From the NCBI GenBank assembly GCA_041484745.1, contig JBGPIG010000001.1, positions 1 through 32,842 of the forward strand: DNA of 32,842 nt, written 5' to 3'. Every line of letters starts with the position of its first letter. Within the stretch, counting starts at the first letter, position 1. Source of the stretch: Nitrospirota bacterium. Its GTDB lineage: Bacteria; Nitrospirota; UBA9217. Below, in pieces: positions 8,905 through 16,677 of this stretch. A model generated the notes under the pieces. The model searched no databases and was not told the DNA's origin. It saw nothing but the letters and a program-made list of their open reading frames with translations. Both the position numbers and the translations under genes were made by a program.

Positions 8905-9354
8905 CTATTGTCTCTTATACAATCCCACCAGTTCTGTCTGTGCAATCACATGGCCTTTCATCGCCTGTTCCAGCCCGGCCTTGGTCGAGTTCGGGCCGAG
9001 TGTGAGCATGGTGTCCAGCGCATAGAGCTTAAAAAAGTACCGGTGAGTGCCTGGAGGCGGGCAGGGGCCTCCATAGCTCCGCTTTCTAAAATCATTGATC
9101 CCCTCCTGCGCGCCTTGAGGCAGAGAGTTTTCCTGGATGTCTTTTGTGGCAGGGCTGATATTCCACACAACCCAGTGCACCCAAGTGCCTGCCGGCGCAT
9201 CAGGGTCGTCGACGATCAGGGCCAGAGATTTCGCGGTGGGAGGGACATTCACGATAAAGAGGGAAGGGTTCACGTCTTCTCCATCGCAGGTATATTTTGT
9301 CGGGATCCATCCGCTCTGCTTGAATGCCGTGCTTGAGATTTTCAACGTATCCAT
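8905..9354 (-). CDS. YbhB/YbcL-family phosphatidylethanolamine-binding (Raf kinase inhibitor-like) protein
   Basis: Motifs CDGEDVNP, IVDDPDAP, WVHWVVWNI and GPCPPPGTHRYFFKLYALD. Start placed at the ATG at 9354 (MDTLKI), preceded by GGAGGTG. The track start at 9363 is 3 codons longer. Confidence 0.88.
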   Translation of the reverse strand: MDTLKISSTAFKQSGWIPTKYTCDGEDVNPSLFIVNVPPTAKSLALIVDDPDAPAGTWVHWVVWNISPATKDIQENSLPQGAQEGINDFRKRSYGGPCPPPGTHRYFFKLYALDTMLTLGPNSTKAGLEQAMKGHVIAQTELVGLYKRQ

Positions 9355-9746
9355 GGCTGACACCTCCGAGTAAGGAATAGGTAAAGCTTAGAACATTGTC
9401 AGCAGGAACAACCTGCCGAAAATAGGACCGCGTTGCATAATCTACCTCCCGGTTCTGCGCAAAGGTTACCTTCTCGTATGAATCATAGCACAAGGATGAT
9501 AAGGAATATGCGCCCCATTCCAGCAGGCTGCCAAAGAAAAAGGGGGCGGTACGCGAGCACTTGCCTCGGAACGTTCCTTCCTCATGTGGAGCTGCAGCAG
9601 ACCTGCTCAGCTCCGCGCTCGCGCAAGGAAGTGCAGAAGCCCCCGTGGGGGGCAATTCTGTGTATGGCGAGCATGATCTGCATCATAGCAACGCGCGCGC
9701 ATTCCCGTTATCATGAGCGCAAATACATTAACGAGGAGGTAATACT

Positions 9747-10205
9747 ATGACTACAAAAATAACTGTTGACTGCCCATCGTGCTCATCCGTCGCAGCAACA
9801 CCGGCCGGGAACGACAGGGATGTCAGGCTCACGCAATGGCCGATCCAGATCAAGCTCATCGGCACGGTAGCGCCGTTCCTGCACGACGCTGACCTTCTTG
9901 TGGCCGCCGACTGCACCGCCTTTGCCACGCCGGGATTCCATGAGAAGTTCCTGCCGGGCAAGAAGGTCCTGATCGGCTGTCCCAAGCTGGACGATGCCAC
10001 GCTGTATCTCGCGAAGTTCACCGAGATCTTCGGCACTAATTCGATCAAACGGGTCACGTGTCTCAGGATGGAAGTGCCCTGCTGCGGCGGGATGACGGCT
10101 GTGCTGAAAGAAGCGATCAACCGCTCGGGAAGAAAGATCCCCATGACGGAAATTGTTGTAGGAGTGAAGGGCGATGTGCTTTCAGAAACAACTATTTTGG
10201 ATTAA
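9747..10205 (+). CDS. conserved cysteine-rich protein, putative Fe-S/metal binding (function unknown)
   Basis: Strong SD AGGAGG 7 nt before the ATG. Cys motifs CPSC, AADC, GCPKLDD and EVPCCGG. The pattern QWPIQIKL...AADC...CPKLDD...MEVPCCGG recalls the C-terminal module of some ferredoxin-fused proteins; that is from memory and unverified. Confidence 0.6.
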   Translation: MTTKITVDCPSCSSVAATPAGNDRDVRLTQWPIQIKLIGTVAPFLHDADLLVAADCTAFATPGFHEKFLPGKKVLIGCPKLDDATLYLAKFTEIFGTNSIKRVTCLRMEVPCCGGMTAVLKEAINRSGRKIPMTEIVVGVKGDVLSETTILD

Positions 10206-10299
10206 CGAAGCGACTGATGCCAGGGTTGGAAGCACCGTTTTTTAACGAGATGACGGGAGGAACAGGATATAAGCGCTTGCATACGGTACTATCCTGTTA

Positions 10300-11262
10300 T
10301 TAATCCTGATCGAGATCCAAGACGAGGTCCTCTTTTCCTTGCGTCTTCCGGCGGTCGATCACGTAACAGCTCTTTTCGGATTTCTTCGCCAATTTTTTGA
10401 GGTCCACGGCGACCTCGACAACCTTTCCCGCATGCTGCATCAGCGGGTTATCAGTGGGCACCACCGCGATCGAGATGCCCAGGAGCGGGATCTTCTGCGC
10501 CTCCCCTTTCCGGTCCTTTGCAACGTAGAAACCCCTGGTTTTATCCTCTTCCCCGAACAGATCTGAGACGATGATGTGAAAGTTCGCGATGAGCGTCTTG
10601 CAGACCTGTTCCACATGCGCAAGCGGCACGATAAAGACGAAATCATCTCCGCCTATGTGCCCGACAAATCCGCTCTCCTGGGACTCCTTGACCGTATTCG
10701 ACATGATCCTGGCCACCATGCGGAGGACCTCGTCGCCCCGTGAAAATCCATACGTATCGTTGTACGGCTTAAAATTGTTGATGTCGAGGTAACAAACGGC
10801 CAAGGGTTTGCCCAATGCGCGTTCGATAGCCTGCTGGATCGAGGCGTTGCCCGGGAGCTTGGTGAGTGGGTTGTTGTCGAAAATCCGTTGGATCCGCTGG
10901 AGCGAGAGCAGGATACGGCTGAAGAGTTCGGGATAATTGATCGGGAGGGAGACGAAGTCATCGAGGGGGAACTGGTCCCATTCGAACGCCTCGACCGCAG
11001 ACTCGCTGATCATGCCTATCACGGGGATAACGCTGAAATAGCTGTCCAGCTTCATTGCCGTCAATACGTCGTGGTACTGCGGGCTCGGTACCGAGAGGTC
11101 GATGATAACGATGTCAGGAGGGTCTGCGTAGATGAACCCAAGCACCTGGGAGGGTTCGGGCAGGGAGACCACCTGATGCCCCTTGCTCTGCAGACGGAGT
11201 TCCAAATGCTTGTGCAAGCCGAGGTCGTTTGAGAGAAGCGCTATTCTACGTTTTGTATTCAT
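10300..11262 (-). CDS. receiver-like domain fused to a GGDEF-family diguanylate cyclase (GGDDF variant)
   Basis: YLDINNFKPYNDTYGFSRGDEVLR and HIGGDDFVFIV are GGDEF-domain signatures. The N-terminal REC-like fold has IVIIDL but lacks the conserved K. ATG at 11262 (a GTG at 11265 is also possible). It overlaps the HDOD gene end by about 17 nt. Confidence 0.85.
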   Translation of the reverse strand: MNTKRRIALLSNDLGLHKHLELRLQSKGHQVVSLPEPSQVLGFIYADPPDIVIIDLSVPSPQYHDVLTAMKLDSYFSVIPVIGMISESAVEAFEWDQFPLDDFVSLPINYPELFSRILLSLQRIQRIFDNNPLTKLPGNASIQQAIERALGKPLAVCYLDINNFKPYNDTYGFSRGDEVLRMVARIMSNTVKESQESGFVGHIGGDDFVFIVPLAHVEQVCKTLIANFHIIVSDLFGEEDKTRGFYVAKDRKGEAQKIPLLGISIAVVPTDNPLMQHAGKVVEVAVDLKKLAKKSEKSCYVIDRRKTQGKEDLVLDLDQD

Positions 11263-12109
11263 CACCCAGCTGTATCTCGAGACTGAAGTTTTTGACCTCG
11301 ACGAGCTTGTCCTCGATCTCTTCGATGATCGATTCCAGAAGCGGCTCGGTCAAGGAGAGTCTGTTCCACGCAACAGGCTGGATCCGGGGAACGATATCGT
11401 CTCCGCTGAAGCCGAATCCCGAGGCCTTGATAAGGACGTCGGAGACATGCACGACTGCGGTCTTTGTCTGATGGACAATGGATTTTTCGACGTTGTGGTG
11501 CCAGGCGATGGGCTCGATCAGCTTCTCCGTCAGAAGCCACGTCTGGGCGAGCCACTCGCCGATCTCGGCATGGTCCGTATCAAGCAGCTCGCGCTCGGCC
11601 TCTCGCATCATGAGTCCCTTCTCCGCGAGGTGCGCGGTGAGGCGCCCATAGTCCTCCTGCAGTTTGATCTTGATGATCACTTTCCCGATGTCGTGCAGCA
11701 GTGCCGCGGTGGAGGTCTCTTCGGGTTCGGGGAGTTTCAGCCGTTTTGACATGACATTTGCGGCCACAGCCACGCCCATGGAGTGCTCCCAGAGCCCGAC
11801 GACGTTCTTCCCCATGATCTCGAAGATGGAGCTGCTGACCGCCAGGCTCCTGACTACGTTCACGCCGAGGAGGATGAGGGCGTTCGAAACCGTGGAAACG
11901 CGGCCCGAAAATCCGTAAAAGGCCGAGTTCACAAGCCGAAGGATCTTTGCCGAGAGCACCTGGTCCGAAGATACCACCCGTGCAATCTCCTGGGCCGAGA
12001 TCCTGTTGTCCTGGGACATCGAGCTCAGCTTGGCGATGACCCCTGGCAGCGAGGGCAGGGTCTTCGTGTCCCTGATAATGCGCCGTATCTCGGTCCGCTT
12101 ATCTTCCAC
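11246..12109 (-). CDS. HDOD domain protein
   Basis: LPSLPGVIAKL...ISAQEIARVVSSDQVLSAKILRLVNSAFYGF...VSNALILLG and HDIGK are typical HDOD motifs. GTG start at 12109 is preceded by GGGAGA. Confidence 0.88.
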   Translation of the reverse strand: MEDKRTEIRRIIRDTKTLPSLPGVIAKLSSMSQDNRISAQEIARVVSSDQVLSAKILRLVNSAFYGFSGRVSTVSNALILLGVNVVRSLAVSSSIFEIMGKNVVGLWEHSMGVAVAANVMSKRLKLPEPEETSTAALLHDIGKVIIKIKLQEDYGRLTAHLAEKGLMMREAERELLDTDHAEIGEWLAQTWLLTEKLIEPIAWHHNVEKSIVHQTKTAVVHVSDVLIKASGFGFSGDDIVPRIQPVAWNRLSLTEPLLESIIEEIEDKLVEVKNFSLEIQLGDEYKT

Positions 12110-12428
12110 CCGATTCTCCCATGGAAAGCTGGATATGCTTCCGATACATTGCTTTGATCTTCATCATCAGGGGGTCGGTCGCTACGTGGCTGAAACGTTT
12201 ATCCAGCGCGGCCAGCATCTCATCAAGCGAGGTCTCGCCCTCCATGGTGACCGGATGCCCCTCCACGGTCACCGACTGGATACCCATCTGGCGCAGCCGG
12301 CCTATCAGCGATTCCGTCAGCTTGACACCCTTCCCGCAAATGGTCATGCTCGCGGGATCCTCGGAGCTCTTAATTTCCTTGGCCAACACCATGCCGGGCG
12401 CAACAAGAGCGATCGGTATGTTCTGCAT
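12099..12428 (-). CDS. small conserved hypothetical protein, first gene of the HDOD/GGDEF operon
   Basis: Start set at the ATG at 12428 (MQNIPIALVAPGMVLAKEI...), preceded by AAAGGA. The track ORF extends to 12500 with no SD. It overlaps the HDOD start by 11 nt. The PGMVLA...G..L.E.LI.RL...GI motif resembles N-terminal modules of HD-GYP-type proteins (from memory). Confidence 0.6.
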   Translation of the reverse strand: MQNIPIALVAPGMVLAKEIKSSEDPASMTICGKGVKLTESLIGRLRQMGIQSVTVEGHPVTMEGETSLDEMLAALDKRFSHVATDPLMMKIKAMYRKHIQLSMGESGGR

Positions 12429-12779
12429 AGGTCCTTTCGTTACGATACAAACAATTGCGTTGGTGCCGAATACGGCACGTTCATACGGCCTGCAACGCAT
12501 TGCTTATGAAGAACAATATACACGAAAGGGTTTAGTTTTGCAGCAAATTTTTTTCGGTGATGGACGACGGGGCTTTATGGAAAGGCGCTCTGAATATACT
12601 TTTCTCTGTATAATTGCAGGGGTTGTATCGATCAGCGAACCAGGGACCTGTTGACTTCTGAACGACTGTTGTTGGTTATCTTGAGTCGGGTCGGATAAAG
12701 AGTTATGGGGATGCGCGTGGTCCGTGGTTTGAACGTACGTTGCGCCGTGAAGGAAACAACGGAGAGAGGATGATGACCC

Positions 12780-13709
12780 TTACAATTGTTCGATGACCGC
12801 TGCCGCAAGAAGGGGAAGCATGATCTCGTGGTGGCCGGTGATCGCAAAGCCCTTGCCGCCGCCCTTGGTAGGACGACGCACAACGTTGGTGTTCGGCCGG
12901 TAGTGCTGGACAAAGTCCATGTTCACCGTAGTGAAGTGCTGAAGAGGATGGCCGAGGTTCCGGCAGAGGGTCACGGCCTTGAGAAAGATCTCGGGAAGCA
13001 GCACGGCCGACCCGAGGTTGATATACACGCCGTCTTCAAGCTCGGACACGAGTGAGCAGAAGGTCTGAAAATCCCGGTGAGCCGCTTCGCCCGTTGCCTT
13101 GCCGTCGAACGAGGGGTGCATGTGGATGATGTCGGTCCCGAACGCGACATGGACCGTCACGGGCACGCCCAGGCGGTGTCCTGCGGCGAGCAGGCTCTTG
13201 TCCTTGTGCGGAAAATTCCCGTTTTGGATCATCCTGCCGACTGCGGCGCCGATGCCTACCTCGGTGTCCGCCGAATTGATCGCCTCGTTGAGCATCCTGC
13301 CTGTCTCTTCCGCCATGCCGAAGGCGCCGGATAAAATCTCCTTGTCGACATCCTCGGAGGTCTGGCCGATGAAGGCGAGCTCGAAATCGTGGATGATCCC
13401 CGCGCCGTTGAGCGAAAGGCTTGTGACGATGCCGCGCTCCATGAGATCGATGATCACGGGGTTCAGGCCGACCTTGATCGAGTGCGCACCCATGCCGAGC
13501 ATCACCGGTCGCTTGTCCTTCCTGGCCTGGACGATAGCGGCGGTTACTTCCTTGAGATGGTTCGATGCGAGGATGTTCGGAAGTGACGAGAAGAAATCCT
13601 TGAAGCTCCCGCCCTTTTTGTGGGGCCGGGAGAAGTCGTCAATCCTGACTTTGCTCTCGCGGCCTTTGAGCGAATAGGTTTTTAGCTGTGTAACGTCTAG
13701 CTTTTTCAT
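12780..13709 (-). CDS. deoxyhypusine synthase-like family protein (tentative)
   Basis: 309-aa ORF with good coding character. PVMLGMGAHSIKVGLNPVIIDLMERGIVTSLSLNGAGIIHDFE resembles the NAD-binding core of bacterial DHS-like proteins. The assignment is from memory. Confidence 0.55.
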   Translation of the reverse strand: MKKLDVTQLKTYSLKGRESKVRIDDFSRPHKKGGSFKDFFSSLPNILASNHLKEVTAAIVQARKDKRPVMLGMGAHSIKVGLNPVIIDLMERGIVTSLSLNGAGIIHDFELAFIGQTSEDVDKEILSGAFGMAEETGRMLNEAINSADTEVGIGAAVGRMIQNGNFPHKDKSLLAAGHRLGVPVTVHVAFGTDIIHMHPSFDGKATGEAAHRDFQTFCSLVSELEDGVYINLGSAVLLPEIFLKAVTLCRNLGHPLQHFTTVNMDFVQHYRPNTNVVRRPTKGGGKGFAITGHHEIMLPLLAAAVIEQL

Positions 13710-13718
13710 GCGTCCTGG

Positions 13719-14297
13719 TTATCGGGAGTTGCCGAAAAGCTCCTCGTCCACCAGCTGGCAGATGGTGTGGCCGAGGGTAATGTGTGTCTCCTGGATACGC
13801 GCTGTAGTCTTGGTCGGAACGATAAAGGTATAGTCCGCCAGCTTAGCTATTTTGCCGCCTGTGCCGCCGGTCAAAACAACGGTTTTCATGCCGTTCTTCC
13901 TCGCCGTTTCGATTGCTTTGATCACATTCGGGGAATTACCGCTCGTGCTGATGCCGATGACCACGTCGCCCTCGTGGCCGAGGGCCGCAAGTTGTTTTGA
14001 GAACACCTGTGCATAGTCGTAGTCGTTGCTGATGCTGGTGAGAACAGCGGTGTCGGTATTCAGCGCTATCGCGGGAAGCGGCGGCCGCTCCATGAGAAAG
14101 CGGTTCACGAACTCCGCGGCGATGTGCGAAGCATCCATGGCGCTCCCGCCGTTGCCGAAGAGAATCACCTTTTTGCCCTCGCGGAACGCCTGCGCGATGA
14201 GCTGGACAACCTCGAGGATTTTGTCGGCATTTTCCCGGGCAAACTTGACCTTTACTTGGGCGCTCTCCTCAAATATTTTTATGATGCTGTCTTGCAT
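13719..14297 (-). CDS. gmhA: D-sedoheptulose-7-phosphate isomerase / SIS domain protein
   Basis: LFGNGGSAMDASHIAAEF, ALNTD...SNDY, VIGISTSGNSPNV and IQETHI are GmhA/DiaA-family signatures. 192 aa. Confidence 0.88.
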   Translation of the reverse strand: MQDSIIKIFEESAQVKVKFARENADKILEVVQLIAQAFREGKKVILFGNGGSAMDASHIAAEFVNRFLMERPPLPAIALNTDTAVLTSISNDYDYAQVFSKQLAALGHEGDVVIGISTSGNSPNVIKAIETARKNGMKTVVLTGGTGGKIAKLADYTFIVPTKTTARIQETHITLGHTICQLVDEELFGNSR

Positions 14298-14525
14298 ATT
14301 CCTCGGAATCGATCAGACTAGATGCTTATTATATGGCAAGAAGGATAAATGTCAAGGGCGAATAAGTGTGTGACGCGCGGACCCGCCCGTGCAAACTCCA
14401 GACATCGTTCCGCAACGGCGGCCCTGATCCGGTCGAGGGCGGTCTCCTGCCTCTCCGAGAGCCCGCCCTGTTCACCAAATAAACTTCGTCCTGTTTAAGC
14501 GCTGTTCATCGCCAGCGTGGCCGAA

Positions 14526-15317
14526 TCAGGTATGCAGGAAGTTCGACAACTTGCCAAACTCCTCGACGGTCAGGGTCTCCGCCCTGCGGCCGAGGTCGAT
14601 GCCGGTCGCGCTCAGGACCCTGTCCATTTTTTCTCTGGGGAGATCGAGCTGCTTGAGGGCGTTTCTCAGGGTCTTCCTGCGCTGGGAGAACGCGGCCTTG
14701 ATCACGCGGATGAAAAAGGCCTCATCCGTTACGGGGAACGCGGGTTGCTCGCGAACAGTGAGTGTGATGACGGCCGAGTCCACCTCCGGCTGCGGCGTGA
14801 AAGACCCCGGCGGTACCTTGAACTCGATCCGCGGCGCCGTGAAGTACTGCACGAGGACCGAGAGATACCCGTATTCCTTGCCCCCCGGCGGCGCGGCAAT
14901 GCGCTCCGCGACCTCTTTCTGAAGCATAAGCGTGAGGCTTATGAATGTATCCTTGTGTTTGATGAGCTTTTGAATAATGGGTGTTGATATATAATACGGA
15001 AGGTTCGCCACGACCTTCCATCGTCCGGAGAGCCCATCATATCCGTATTCGAGGGCGTCCGCATGCAGGAGCTCCAAGTTCGGTGTAGTGTTGAATTCGT
15101 TTTTTAAATGCGGGATGAGGCGGTCGTCCACTTCGATGGCCAGAACCCTCCGCGCGCGTTGCGTGAGCACCCTGGTAAGATGACCAAGCCCCGGGCCGAT
15201 CTCGAGCACGTGGTCATCAGGACCGATCTGCGCTGCGTCGGCTATTTTTTTGAGATAGTGCGGGTCCCTGAGAAAGTTTTGTCCAAGGGATTTTTTTGCG
15301 CGAATGGTATTGTCCAT
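14526..15317 (-). CDS. rsmA: 16S rRNA (adenine1518/1519-N6)-dimethyltransferase
   Basis: KKSLGQNFL, the SAM motif LEIGPGLGHLT, ANLPYYISTPI and FSQRRKTLRNAL. Confidence 0.93.
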   Translation of the reverse strand: MDNTIRAKKSLGQNFLRDPHYLKKIADAAQIGPDDHVLEIGPGLGHLTRVLTQRARRVLAIEVDDRLIPHLKNEFNTTPNLELLHADALEYGYDGLSGRWKVVANLPYYISTPIIQKLIKHKDTFISLTLMLQKEVAERIAAPPGGKEYGYLSVLVQYFTAPRIEFKVPPGSFTPQPEVDSAVITLTVREQPAFPVTDEAFFIRVIKAAFSQRRKTLRNALKQLDLPREKMDRVLSATGIDLGRRAETLTVEEFGKLSNFLHT

Positions 15318-15458
15318 GGGAAGAACGTCCCGCCAGTCTCATGATAGTATGCCCCGGTCGGGGCATTGTAAGGGTATGCCTGGAAGTTCGCGCGAAAGCC
15401 ACAATTGCCGGAACTGCTGTCGAGGACTATCGGAGGATAGTGAGAAGGGAACACGCCT

Positions 15459-15599
15459 TCAAGAAGATCTGCGGTCTTTCCAATATCTCCTGTCTTTTCC
15501 ACTTCTCCGCTCAGAACCCCCGAAGGTTGCGTCATGGGATTTCCGTCGATCCTCGCCGACTCTTCGGTTATTGTCAGACCTGGGTTCTTTTTTCCCCAT
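15459..15599 (-). CDS. unannotated 46-aa Arg-rich small protein with RR-x3-DRR repeats
   Basis: AAGGAGG (15610-15604) lies 4 nt before the ATG at 15599. My translation is MGKKEPRSDNNRRVGEDRRKSHDATFGGSERRSGKDRRYWKDRRSS, with the stop TGA at 15461-15459. It is below the 60-aa cut-off of the supplied track. Confidence 0.45.
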   Translation of the reverse strand: MGKKEPRSDNNRRVGEDRRKSHDATFGGSERRSGKDRRYWKDRRSS

Positions 15600-15750
15600 A
15601 AGCCCTCCTTGGTTGCGCCTCAATGAGAAGTATGGCGAGTGAAAAGATTTCTCAACATGCTTTCACGCCGTGCATCGCTTGGCTTTGCTGTTTCCCGTTG
15701 CTCTTCAGAAGACAAGGCCCGAGTACGGATGCGGGCTCAGACAAGAGCGG

Positions 15751-16431
15751 TTACTCCCGTTCCTTTTTGTTAACGTACGCTTCTATCCTTGCTTTGGTAT
15801 CCGCCGGAATCTTTGTATACTGGACCCCGTAAAACGTCTCAGGGGACCCCGCCTGCTTCACCACCCTTGCTACCGCGGCCTCCACATTGACCTTTGCGCC
15901 GTCAGGAAGATAAAAGGAGCATGAAATGCGGTCCCCGGGTACGAGGTCCAGTTTTGCCCGAATAAGCGCACCGGTGGCGCTGATGTCCTCCGTGTGGCAC
16001 AGGAACGGCCGGTTCTTGAACTTGCCCTCAACGGAGACGTTCAAGGCAACCCGGTAGGCCTGCCGGTGCGCGACATTCAGGAACTGCCTCACCTTCTCCT
16101 GGAGCAGGCCGGAATCAACAGGCATGGCCAGGATGGCATGAACGCCGCACTGCTTGCACCACTCGCGGTGGAAGTCGTCGTTCTCGCAGATCATGATGAC
16201 CAGGACACCCTTAAGATGCTGCGACTGCCAGATGATGTCAAAGATGGCGACGCTGCTGGTGCCGGGCAGATCGCGACTTGTCACAATAAGGTCGGCTGAT
16301 TCCTCGATATGGATTTTTAGGATCTCGTCGGTCGTGGCCGCGGTAAAGACCCTGATGTCCGAGCGGTTGAGCAGGCTTTTGCCCTGCAGTGCAAGCCGAC
16401 TCAGATCCTTTGCTATTACTACCTTTTTCAT
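15751..16431 (-). CDS. pseudo-receiver fused to a PilZ domain
   Basis: REC-like N-terminus, but the acceptor position reads IVTSRDLPG (S where the paralog at 7092 has D in VVTDRAL) and AMPV replaces K-P. The PilZ motifs RQAYR and DISATG are intact. SD AAGGAGA. Confidence 0.85.
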   Translation of the reverse strand: MKKVVIAKDLSRLALQGKSLLNRSDIRVFTAATTDEILKIHIEESADLIVTSRDLPGTSSVAIFDIIWQSQHLKGVLVIMICENDDFHREWCKQCGVHAILAMPVDSGLLQEKVRQFLNVAHRQAYRVALNVSVEGKFKNRPFLCHTEDISATGALIRAKLDLVPGDRISCSFYLPDGAKVNVEAAVARVVKQAGSPETFYGVQYTKIPADTKARIEAYVNKKERE

Positions 16432-16677
16432 GGTCTCCTTTTACCGGTGAAATACCGCCGGCTGACTCCTCTGCTCCCCGTGGGAAAGACAACAGACGCA
16501 CGCTTCAACACTAGCGAGATGCAATCCGGGCGAATGCCCATCCCCGGGCAGGTGCATGCTCAGGAAGGACTTCATGCGCAACAACTATACCATAAAATGA
16601 AGGGTACGCGCAGTATTTTTCGATCGGGAGACCGGGTTTCGCGTCAATGAACGGAACCTTCTCCTGTTCTCTCTCCG

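Noticed and set aside
10261-10298. 9-bp stem AACAGGATA/TATCCTGTT with a 20-nt loop between the convergent genes ending at 10205 and 10300. A T6 run lies at about 10237-10243.
   Set aside because: The stem is not followed by a U-run on either strand, and the T6 run is not preceded by a stable hairpin. I therefore cannot call an intrinsic terminator with confidence.
14359-14508. 49-codon basic ORF (MSRANKCVTRGPARANS...) between gmhA and rsmA on the plus strand.
   Set aside because: Only AAGGA with a 3-nt spacer lies upstream. It runs antisense to the direction of all neighbouring genes and has no motif.
15435-15455. AGTGAGAAGGGAACACGCC looked superficially like the AGGGAA core of a cobalamin riboswitch.
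   Set aside because: No B12 box and no GGTG..AA..CC or GCCACTG elements occur nearby on either strand. The segment is also downstream of the small ORF rather than upstream of a transporter or cob gene.
15242-15535. 97-aa minus-strand ORF, and the 101-aa and 112-aa plus-strand ORFs, in the gap upstream of rsmA.
   Set aside because: The 97-aa ORF would overlap rsmA by 76 nt in another frame, has only a weak SD, and has no recognisable motif. The 46-codon SD-preceded frame at 15459-15599 explains the region better.
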